A DNA stretch of 24,000 nucleotides, from positions 1,971-25,970 of the forward strand of contig NZ_SRYG01000006.1 in assembly GCF_004793885.1 (NCBI RefSeq), read 5' to 3'. The notes beneath the pieces were generated by a model, which had not been told where the DNA came from, made no database searches, and saw only the letters and a list, made by a program, of their open reading frames with translations. Shown here piece after piece: positions 1-6,870 of this stretch. The stretch comes from Dubosiella muris (GTDB lineage: Bacteria > Bacillota_I > Bacilli_A > Erysipelotrichales > Erysipelotrichaceae). Numbering within the stretch: position 1 is the stretch's first letter; the number at the start of each line of letters is the position of its first letter. Both the position numbers and the translations under genes were made by a program.

Positions 1-1
1 A

Positions 2-973
2 ATGGGAATCAAAAAAGGAATTACGCTGATTATTGGCGGCGGATACCATGGTAAGTCCACGCTGCTGGAGGCGCTGGAGCGGGGCGTATATGACCATATC
101 GCCCATGACGGACGGGAATATGTCTTGTGTGACGAGAGCGCGGTGAAGTCAAGAGCGGAAGATGGACGGAGCATCGAGAACGACAATATCGAGGCGTTTA
201 TCCGCGATTTGCCGGGCGACAAGTCGACACGCGCCTTTTCGAGCGAGGACGCGTCCGGATCTACTTCGCAGGCGGCGGGCGTGAGCGAGGCGCTGGAGGC
301 GGACGCGAAAGTTTTGTTGTTTGACGAAGACACAAGCGCGGCCAACTTCATGGTGCGCGACGCTTTGATGCAAAAAGTCGTCCATCCGGATCACGAGCCG
401 ATCACACCGCTTGTCTATCGCATTTCACAGTTGTTTGAACGGGCGGGGGTCAGCACGATTTTGGTTGCCGGCAGTTCGGGGGCGTTTTTCGAGCAGGCCG
501 ATTTGGTTTTGCAGATGGATCACTACATTCCGATGGATGTGACCGCCAGAGCGAAAGAGATGGCGCTGGCGTTCCCGTATTTGTGCTCGCCGGAACGAAA
601 ACTGGCACCGGAGCGCTTCTTTACATCGCGTGTTCCACTGCCGTTGGCGTCTTTGCGATCCGACCGGGTCAAAATCAAATCGCAAGGACTGGACGCCATC
701 GTGCTGGACCGGGAACCGCTGGATGTGCGTCTGGTGGAACAGCTGGTGGATCCGGAACAGCTGCCGACGCTGGGCGCGATGGTTTTGTACGCGCATCGGC
801 ATTTGATTGATGGAAAGAGGACGTTGAAGGAAGTCGCGGACAGGCTGGAAGAGCGAATCGACAGCGAGGGATTGCGGGTCCTTGGAAAACGGGACTTTTG
901 CCGGGTAAGGAAACAGGAGTTCATGGGGGTTATGAACCGGTATCGTTCCCAGCGTATGAAACAGAAATCTTAA
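2..973 (+). CDS. ABC-class ATPase (COG3044 / ABC_ATPase-like), C-terminal 323 aa; the 5-prime end lies outside the window
   Basis: The ORF is open to the left edge. It has a Walker-A-like GGGYHGKST near its start and a Walker-B-like LLFDEDTSA. A terminator follows the stop. Confidence 0.75.
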   Translation: MGIKKGITLIIGGGYHGKSTLLEALERGVYDHIAHDGREYVLCDESAVKSRAEDGRSIENDNIEAFIRDLPGDKSTRAFSSEDASGSTSQAAGVSEALEADAKVLLFDEDTSAANFMVRDALMQKVVHPDHEPITPLVYRISQLFERAGVSTILVAGSSGAFFEQADLVLQMDHYIPMDVTARAKEMALAFPYLCSPERKLAPERFFTSRVPLPLASLRSDRVKIKSQGLDAIVLDREPLDVRLVEQLVDPEQLPTLGAMVLYAHRHLIDGKRTLKEVADRLEERIDSEGLRVLGKRDFCRVRKQEFMGVMNRYRSQRMKQKS

Positions 974-997
974 AAGGGCGAGTGCCCTTTTTCTTTT
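973..997 (+). terminator. Rho-independent terminator of the ABC-class ATPase gene
   Basis: The stem is AAAGGGC (973-979) paired with GCCCTTT (984-990), with a GAGT loop. A T-rich run TTTTTCTTTT follows. Confidence 0.75.
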
Positions 998-1034
998 GGC
1001 GGCTGGATGGAAAGTGGACATTCATAACCGAAAG

Positions 1035-1133
1035 TATACCCGTTCGGGTGTTGATTTGTGCTGAATGTCCAATTTTATACCCGAAAAGGTATAAAATGGC
1101 TATTTTTGTTGAATATATACCCGAAAGGGTATA
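1035..1133. promoter_or_regulatory. Array of three 18-bp operator-like palindromes (TATACC-N6-GGTATA) upstream of the HTH/HipS/HipT operon
   Basis: O1 1035-1052 is TATACC-CGTTCG-GGTGTT (right arm 4/6). O2 1076-1093 is TATACC-CGAAAA-GGTATA (perfect). O3 1116-1133 is TATACC-CGAAAG-GGTATA (perfect). Centres are 41 and 40 bp apart. O3 fills the spacer of the predicted promoter. Confidence 0.7.
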
Positions 1134-1137
1134 AAAT
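1109..1137 (+). promoter_or_regulatory. Sigma-A-type promoter of the hip-like operon, possibly giving a leaderless mRNA
   Basis: TTGAAT (1109-1114), 17 nt, TAAAAT (1132-1137). Six nt separate the -10 from the ATG at 1144, and there is no Shine-Dalgarno between them. Confidence 0.5.
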
Positions 1138-1143
1138 AAAAAC

Positions 1144-1353
1144 ATGACAACGATTGGAAACTATATCAAAACGGAACGAAGAAAACTGGGAATCACGCAG
1201 GAGGAGTTCGCGCTGCGGGCCGGACTGGGACTGCGGTTTGTCCGTGAGCTGGAACAGGGAAAGGAAACGGTTCGAATGGATAAGGTGAACAAGGCGCTGC
1301 GGATGTTTGGCAAGGAAGCGGTGCCGGGTGATTTGGATCGGAGCGAGGAATGA
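1144..1353 (+). CDS. hipB: XRE/y4mF-type helix-turn-helix protein, HipB-like component of a HipBST-type module
   Basis: 69 aa. The HTH signature is LGITQEEFALRAGLGLRFVRELEQGK. Its stop overlaps the next start (ATGA at 1350-1353). Confidence 0.85.
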   Translation: MTTIGNYIKTERRKLGITQEEFALRAGLGLRFVRELEQGKETVRMDKVNKALRMFGKEAVPGDLDRSEE

Positions 1354-1673
1354 GAAAAGGAAGTGTATGGGTGGAGGAACGAAAAGCCGGAACGATTGAA
1401 GAGACGGATCGCGGATACCGGTTTTCCTATGAAAAAGACTATTTAGCCATGAAAGATGCGAAGGACGTCAGTTTGACTTTGCCGCTTCATGATGAACCTT
1501 ATGAATCGTCTGTGTTATTTCCTTTTTTTGATGGATTGATTCCGGAAGGCTGGCTATATGATGTGACGGTTCGAAACTGGAAGCTCGATCGTAAAGATCG
1601 TTTTGGCGTATTGCTTGTCGCCTGTAAAGATGCCATTGGAAATGTATCCATATGGGGGGAGAATGAAAGATGA
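1350..1673 (+). CDS. hipS: HipA N-terminal-subdomain protein (HipS-like, Couple_hipA type)
   Basis: 107 aa. The motif FPFFDGLIPEGW is typical of HipA N-terminal domains. GGAG lies 6 nt upstream. ATGA overlaps occur on both sides. Confidence 0.8.
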   Translation: MRKGSVWVEERKAGTIEETDRGYRFSYEKDYLAMKDAKDVSLTLPLHDEPYESSVLFPFFDGLIPEGWLYDVTVRNWKLDRKDRFGVLLVACKDAIGNVSIWGENER

Positions 1674-2629
1674 AATGTTTGTATTGCGGAAAGGAGATCG
1701 TCGATCCCGCGCCGGAAGAAATGGAGTCACAATGGCATACAGAATGTACTAAAAAATTTTTCGGAATGACTTTGCATCCGGTTCTTGATTTAGATGATTC
1801 GATCTTGCGGGAAATCGCTCGAAAAACGGTAAGCGAAGGATATACGGTGCCTGGCGTTCAAAAAAAGCTTTCTTTGCATTTGATCGAAGAAGAGAAGGGA
1901 TCGCGGTTAACGATCGTAGATTATCCGGCAGGATATATTTTAAAACCACAAACGGGAAAATTTTCCTATCTTCCAGAATTTGAGCAGTTGGGAATGCGCC
2001 TTGCGCAAATTGCTAAGATTCCTACCGTTCCATTCGGGTTGATTCGATTAAAAGATGGGACGTTGGCGTATATCACGAAACGAATTGACCGGTTGGAGAA
2101 AAAGAAAAAAGTCACAAAGCTGGCGATGGAAGATTTTTGCCAGCTTCAGAAACGTTTGACGGAAGACAAATACAACAGTTCTTATGAGCGGTGCGCAAAA
2201 ACAATAAAAAAATATTCGGCTTTCTATCAATTCGACTTAACTGAATTGTTTATCCGACTCGTTTTTGCGTTTCTCATTGGCAATTCCGATATGCATTTAA
2301 AAAACTTTTCGTTGATTCAAAACAAAGAAGGGGTGTATCAGCTTTCTCCGGTATATGATCAGCTTCCTGTTAACATCATAATGTCTAAAGATTTCGATCA
2401 AATGGCTTTAACGTTGAATGGAAAAAAGCGAAATTTGAGGCGAGGCGATTTTTTGAAGTTCGCGCATTCGATTGGGATTGAAAAGAAAACAGCTGAAAGA
2501 CTGATTGAGCGGATGCTGAAAAATATTGGCCGCTTTTTGGAAGCGTGCGAACAATCTTTTTTGCCCGAAGAAGAAAAAGAAAACGTGAAACGATTGATCC
2601 TGGAGCGGGCGGAATCGCTTCACGGATAA
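1670..2629 (+). CDS. hipT: HipA-C-terminal-type Ser/Thr kinase (HipT-like toxin) with an N-terminal Cys2-His-Cys knuckle
   Basis: 319 aa. The P-loop-like motif is YTVPGVQKK (T59). The catalytic motif is GNSDMHLKN (D207 at 2288-2290). YDQLP places D230 23 residues after D207, the spacing I recall for E. coli HipA D309/D332. GGGGGAG lies 8 nt upstream of the ATG. C3, C6, H23 and C26 sit at the N-terminus. Confidence 0.85.
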   Translation: MKCLYCGKEIVDPAPEEMESQWHTECTKKFFGMTLHPVLDLDDSILREIARKTVSEGYTVPGVQKKLSLHLIEEEKGSRLTIVDYPAGYILKPQTGKFSYLPEFEQLGMRLAQIAKIPTVPFGLIRLKDGTLAYITKRIDRLEKKKKVTKLAMEDFCQLQKRLTEDKYNSSYERCAKTIKKYSAFYQFDLTELFIRLVFAFLIGNSDMHLKNFSLIQNKEGVYQLSPVYDQLPVNIIMSKDFDQMALTLNGKKRNLRRGDFLKFAHSIGIEKKTAERLIERMLKNIGRFLEACEQSFLPEEEKENVKRLILERAESLHG

Positions 2630-2746
2630 AGAAAGCCGGCAAGTTTGGCGTCTTTACCGGTTTGGAAAAACAATAAAAAGGCTATCATTACGAAGGGGAT
2701 GCTCGAGAAGCAAAAGTAGAAATATCACGTAAACCGTGAAGAACTT

Positions 2747-2789
2747 AAAAAGGTAAAACCGCTTTATTTAAAGTGATTTTACCTTTTTT
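2747..2789. terminator. Bidirectional hairpin terminator between convergent hipT-like and pyruvate-kinase-like genes
   Basis: AAAAAGGTAAAA (2747-2758) pairs with TTTTACCTTTTT (2777-2788), and there is an inner CGCTTTA/TAAAGTG stem. An A-tract precedes it and a T-tract follows. The stem is AT-rich, so stability is moderate. Confidence 0.6.
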
Positions 2790-2830
2790 CTTTAAAGCTG
2801 TAAAACAAACGACATGAAGACGTGCCCGAA

Positions 2831-3814
2831 TTAAAAGGTACCATCCTCCCGGTCTTTCAGAGCAGTATACGCGGTTTGTGCAAAATAGTTCATCGCTTCG
2901 ACAGGATAAGAGCCAGACGCCGTTTCCCCCGTCAGCATAATCGAGGACGCCCCATTGTAAACCGCGTGGTAAATATCGGATATTTTCGCCCGTGTCGGGA
3001 TGGGAGAAGTCATCATCGAGTGCAGCATTTGCGTCACGATCATATACGGCTTTTCATGCCTGCGACATATTTTCTCCAAGTCGTGCTGCGCGCTGGCCAG
3101 ATGGACAAGACCAACCGAATCGGCAAGATCTCCACGGGCGATGATCAATTCATCGCAATACGGAAGCAGGGATTCCGCCATCGCGATTCCTTCTTTTGAT
3201 TCGATCTTGGCGTATAGGCAGGCGTTTTTTAGACCACACGCATCCATTTGCGCACGAACCTTTATCAAATCTTCTGTGCTGCGAACAAACGGCTGCATGA
3301 TGCCGGTGACGCCATATTGCGCCGCGCACGATAAATTATCGAAGTCTTCTTTTGTCAAAACCGGCAAAGGGATCGACACATTTTGGATGGTGATACTTTT
3401 CCGGGGAAGAAGCAGGCCGCCCCGGAGAACTTTGGATTTCTCATGATCTACGGTTTCAAGCAGGATCCTGCCATCGTCCACGAGGATTTGGACACCAGTT
3501 TTTAAATAGGGTCGCACACAATCCGGAAATCCAAGCGTGTTCGTCATCACGATATGATCTGTTTCCAGTGGCAAAGGCGATAAAGAAGCGGAGGTTCTTA
3601 ATTCCGGACCTTGCATATCTATAAGAAGCTGAGGAGAAACGCCGCACCGCTTGGCCGCGATATGAAAGTTGGCGATCCAGTCGGCATGTTGCGCCAGATT
3701 GCCATGCGACAAGTTCAGCCGCATCCCTGTGGCACCAGCCCGAAACAAAGCCATAATCGTTTCGACTTCATGGCAGGCCGGGCCAAGCGTTCCGAATATA
3801 TAAAGGTCTTTCAT
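2831..3814 (-). CDS. Short pyruvate-kinase-family protein (A and B domains only, no C-terminal domain)
   Basis: PK motifs are present: GTLGPA, MRLNLSHG, DMQGPELR, AKIESKEG, ARGDLA, TQMLHSM, PTRAKISD and MLTGETASGSYP. I chose the ATG at 3814 (MKDLYIFGTLGP aligns with PK N-termini) over the TTG at 3829 in the ORF track. The ATG lies 1 nt after the ldh stop. Confidence 0.75.
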   Translation of the reverse strand: MKDLYIFGTLGPACHEVETIMALFRAGATGMRLNLSHGNLAQHADWIANFHIAAKRCGVSPQLLIDMQGPELRTSASLSPLPLETDHIVMTNTLGFPDCVRPYLKTGVQILVDDGRILLETVDHEKSKVLRGGLLLPRKSITIQNVSIPLPVLTKEDFDNLSCAAQYGVTGIMQPFVRSTEDLIKVRAQMDACGLKNACLYAKIESKEGIAMAESLLPYCDELIIARGDLADSVGLVHLASAQHDLEKICRRHEKPYMIVTQMLHSMMTSPIPTRAKISDIYHAVYNGASSIMLTGETASGSYPVEAMNYFAQTAYTALKDREDGTF

Positions 3815-3815
3815 A

Positions 3816-4775
3816 TTAACGACTCTCAAGTACCGGATTCACAGTTTCCGTCCAGATTTTTTCTAACAACCGGCAGCTATCCAAAAACCGCTGCTGCTCG
3901 GCGGGTTCAAGCTCAAGCTCCAGCTTTTCAATGACGCCTTTCGCCCCGATGATAGCAGGAACCCCGTTATAAATACCCGTATAACCATATTCACCATTTT
4001 GTTTAGCCGAAACGGTAAGAATGCTGTTTTCGTCATTTAAAACGGCTTGGACAAGTCGATTGAGCGTCATTCCAATCCCGTAATATGTCGATTTTTTCCG
4101 ATTGACGATTTCGTACCCGGCATTGCGCACCTCGTCAAAGACTTCTTCCAGCATGTCTTCGTCGATTTTACGGGACTTCAATACATTCCGTATGGTCTTG
4201 CTTCCAATGCAGGCATGGGACCATGGCACAAAGCTCGAATCTCCGTGTTCGCCAAATACGTAAGCATGAATATTGTAAGGAGAAACCTGGAGACATTCGC
4301 TTAGACGAAAACGCAAACGAGCCGTATCCAGCAAGGTTCCCGTACCAATGACCCGGTTCGTCGGAAGGTTGGACACTTTCTGCGCGACCGCTGTCATTAA
4401 ATCAACCGGATTGGTCGCCACGATCAGGATGCCGTCAAAACCGGAAGCCATGATTTGCTCGGTGACCGACTGGACGATTTTTGTGTTATCGACCGTTAAA
4501 TCCAGACGGGTCTGATCGGAGCGCTGAATGATGCCGGCAGTGATGACGACAATATCGGCGCCTTTGCAGTCGGCATAGTCACCCGCTTTCATGCGGATTT
4601 GTTTTTTGGCAAAACAGCCGGCATGCTGCAAGTCCATGGCTTCGCCAATCGCTTTTTCTTTGTTCAAGTCGATTAAAACGAGTTCATCGACATTCCCCTG
4701 AACGACTAAGCTGTAGGCAAAGCTCATTCCCACCAGCCCTGTTCCAACGAGAACGATTTTTTTATTGTTTTTCAT
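3816..4775 (-). CDS. ldh: L-lactate dehydrogenase family 2-hydroxyacid dehydrogenase
   Basis: 319 aa. Motifs are the Rossmann GTGLVG, ITAGIIQRSDQTRLDL (LDH-type Gln and Arg), LDTAR and GEHGDS (catalytic His). GGAG lies upstream of the start. Confidence 0.85.
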   Translation of the reverse strand: MKNNKKIVLVGTGLVGMSFAYSLVVQGNVDELVLIDLNKEKAIGEAMDLQHAGCFAKKQIRMKAGDYADCKGADIVVITAGIIQRSDQTRLDLTVDNTKIVQSVTEQIMASGFDGILIVATNPVDLMTAVAQKVSNLPTNRVIGTGTLLDTARLRFRLSECLQVSPYNIHAYVFGEHGDSSFVPWSHACIGSKTIRNVLKSRKIDEDMLEEVFDEVRNAGYEIVNRKKSTYYGIGMTLNRLVQAVLNDENSILTVSAKQNGEYGYTGIYNGVPAIIGAKGVIEKLELELEPAEQQRFLDSCRLLEKIWTETVNPVLESR

Positions 4776-4847
4776 ATGATTGATTCAACTCCTTCAAAAG
4801 GAACTATAAGAGAGGCGGGATGAATAGAAAAGAAAGAGCGTGACAAG

Positions 4848-4874
4848 TTAAATTGCAGAACCACTGCATTTTAA
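4848..4874. promoter_or_regulatory. 27-bp near-perfect palindrome in the divergent ldh / regulator intergenic region (candidate operator)
   Basis: TTAAATTGCAG-AACCA-CTGCATTTTAA. The arms are 11 bp with one mismatch. The perfect core is TGCAG (4854-4858) / CTGCA (4864-4868). Confidence 0.45.
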
Positions 4875-4880
4875 GATGCA

Positions 4881-4909
4881 AAAAATTGCGTTTACTTTGC
4901 AAGAGCCAA
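4881..4909 (+). promoter_or_regulatory. Candidate sigma-A promoter of the PRD-regulator/PTS operon
   Basis: TTTACT (4881-4886), 17 nt, TATGAT (4904-4909). It would give a leader of about 55 nt that contains a cre-like element, AAAAAGCGCTTACA (4939-4952). Confidence 0.35.
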
Positions 4910-4971
4910 TTTTTATGATAAGTGTGTCAAGCGAAAGAAAAAAGCGCTTACATAATGAGGAGGTGGCAAAA

Positions 4972-6870
4972 ATGAGACTTTATTCAATCATGCGCGATTT
5001 TATCGAAACGGCTGATTGTCTGAATCTCAAGTATTTTACGGAAAAGTATCACGTTTCCAAACGGACAATACAAGGGGATCTCTCCTATTTCATGAATATC
5101 GGGGAGAGAAACGGGTTCAAGCTGCATACAATCCGTGGAAAAGGATATTTGCTGGAAGTGACAGACTCAGAAAAATTTGACCGGTTTGTTGCGCAGCTGG
5201 CCCAGCAGCATCCAACCGTTCCTCCAGACACACCTGAAAATTTGACCGCTTTTCTCGCGGTGCAAAAAGACTACATTTCTATGGAAGAAACAGCTTTCCA
5301 TTTTCACATCAATCGGTCGGCGGTCAAAGCGCTCATTAAAGAAGTTGAAACGTTTTGCCGCAAATACGATGTGGTTCTGGAAATCAAAAGCCATTATGGC
5401 TTGCGTCTAAAAAAAGACAATCTCGCATTTACGACGATGCTGGCGGAAATGCTGGAAGCGGATAATCCGGTGTTAAAGCTTTATATGGAGCAATCTCTTC
5501 CTGTTTTTCGGACCATCTATCCGTTTCTCATTGATCAGATTACCGAGAGCCGGCAGCAAATCAACTACAATGAACTGAAAACGATTTATATTTGGCTGGG
5601 AGCGATCGCTCTTCAGGCTTCGCTTCTTTGTTTGCCGGAAGAAAGATACCGCGTAAAAAACACCCCGGTCGATCGCATTGCGGACGCGGTTTTTCAACAG
5701 CTCAATAAAAACGCGGGTTTAAATTTCGCGGCCTGGCAATATGAAGTGTTTGTGGATGTGGTCCGAAGCAATATTCGACTTAAAGATGCCTCGCTGGATA
5801 TTAGCGACCAGCTGGAAAACCATATCGAAGAATTTTTGAAAGGAATTGACGCGCGATACAACACAAAATTTACGGATGACGAAAATTTCAAAAAAATGCT
5901 GTCGGAACATGTCTGTCTTCTTGTAAGCCGAAGCCATCAAAAAGTGTCGTATAAAAATTCGATGCTTCATGAAATCTGTATTCGGTATCCGCTCGTATTC
6001 AGTGTGGCAATCGAATTTTCCAATATGCTTCAACAACTGTACGGGATTACAGTGACCCAGGATGAAGCGGCTTTTATTGCTACTCATTTTGCAGGTCACC
6101 TGGAAAAAGAAAAGAGAGAAAAGCTCATGCGGTTTGATCGGGTAGCTGTCGTCTGCTCAAGTGGCGGCGGATGTGCTTATCTTCTGAAGATGCAGCTGGA
6201 AACGATTTTTCCCCAGCAAAAAATTCAGACATTCAGCTTTCTGAATATGGATGAACTCGAGTTATTCGATCCCGATATTATTTTCACGATCATGCCGCTA
6301 AACCGGGAGTTTAATATACCTATTATTTATATTCATGAGTTGTTGGAACCGGAAGATCTGGCAGCGATCCGGCAATTTCTATCTTATGACTGCATACAAA
6401 ATTTTCAATTATCGGATACATCAAGTAAATTTGATGCTTTGTTTTCCCGGCGATACTTTCAAGTTCGGAAAGCTGGTTCCTACAAAGAACTTATCTCCGA
6501 GATGGCGGATCAGTTGATAAAAGACGATGTTGTGGAAGCGGAATACAAAGACAGCGTGCTTGAGCGGGAAAAATACATGAGCACCGTATTCTTCAATGGC
6601 GTCGCGTTACCGCATCCAATCAAGCTTTGCGCAAAGAAAAGCGTGATTTCCGTCTGTATACTCGATACGCCTTTGATGGAGCAGGGAAAGGAAGTTCGCA
6701 CTGTTTTTCTTATCTCCCTTCGCAAAGATGAATATGGAAAATATGAGGAGATTACGAAGCTTTTTTACAAACTGATGCAGGACAGAGGAAGCGCCAGTCA
6801 CATGGCGGCTGCCCGTTCTTTTGAACAAATGCGATTGATTCTTAGAGAAGTGGAGGCTACGGTTTCATGA
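4972..6870 (+). CDS. PRD-domain transcriptional regulator with HTH, Mga-like HTH, two PRDs, an EIIB(Gat)-like and an EIIA(Mtl)-like domain (LicR/MtlR/ManR class)
   Basis: 632 aa counted from the ATG at 4972, which is preceded by GAGGAGGTG. The N-terminal HTH is LKYFTEKYHVSKRTIQGDL. The PRD signature is DEAAFIATHFAGHLE. The EIIB-like motif is VAVVCSSGGG and the EIIA-like motif is GVALPHP. The ORF-track start at 4876 has no RBS. Confidence 0.85.
   Translation: MRLYSIMRDFIETADCLNLKYFTEKYHVSKRTIQGDLSYFMNIGERNGFKLHTIRGKGYLLEVTDSEKFDRFVAQLAQQHPTVPPDTPENLTAFLAVQKDYISMEETAFHFHINRSAVKALIKEVETFCRKYDVVLEIKSHYGLRLKKDNLAFTTMLAEMLEADNPVLKLYMEQSLPVFRTIYPFLIDQITESRQQINYNELKTIYIWLGAIALQASLLCLPEERYRVKNTPVDRIADAVFQQLNKNAGLNFAAWQYEVFVDVVRSNIRLKDASLDISDQLENHIEEFLKGIDARYNTKFTDDENFKKMLSEHVCLLVSRSHQKVSYKNSMLHEICIRYPLVFSVAIEFSNMLQQLYGITVTQDEAAFIATHFAGHLEKEKREKLMRFDRVAVVCSSGGGCAYLLKMQLETIFPQQKIQTFSFLNMDELELFDPDIIFTIMPLNREFNIPIIYIHELLEPEDLAAIRQFLSYDCIQNFQLSDTSSKFDALFSRRYFQVRKAGSYKELISEMADQLIKDDVVEAEYKDSVLEREKYMSTVFFNGVALPHPIKLCAKKSVISVCILDTPLMEQGKEVRTVFLISLRKDEYGKYEEITKLFYKLMQDRGSASHMAAARSFEQMRLILREVEATVS

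Noticed and set aside
1008-1015. GGAAAGTG near the left edge of the low-GC block is the reverse complement of CACTTTCC at 14314-14321 near the right edge. These could be terminal inverted repeats.
   Set aside because: Only 8 bp match (9 of 10 with the next bases), which is expected by chance in a 24-kb window. No transposase or integrase is present, and the right copy lies inside the DeoR remnant reading frame.
2630-2746. A 117-nt untranslated stretch after the hipT-like gene that could host a small RNA or peptide (for example ATGCTCGAGAAGCAAAAGTAG, which encodes 6 aa).
   Set aside because: I see no promoter and no properly spaced RBS. No conserved-looking structure is present beyond the terminator that follows. 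The evidence is insufficient.
4850-4895. Repeated TTGCA pentamers suggested a sigma-54 (-12 TTGCA) promoter for the PTS operon, as in LevR-type systems.
   Set aside because: No TGGCAC -24 element lies at the required spacing. The regulator has no sigma-54 AAA+ activation domain.
4876-4971. N-terminal extensions suggested by the ORF track: regulator from 4876, EIIA from 7727, EIIB from 8196, binding protein from TTG 20384, Schlafen-like gene from 14235, and PK-like gene from TTG 3829.
   Set aside because: In each case an internal ATG is preceded by a good GGAGG-type site, or it aligns with the family N-terminus. The extension has no RBS and overlaps the upstream gene or a promoter.
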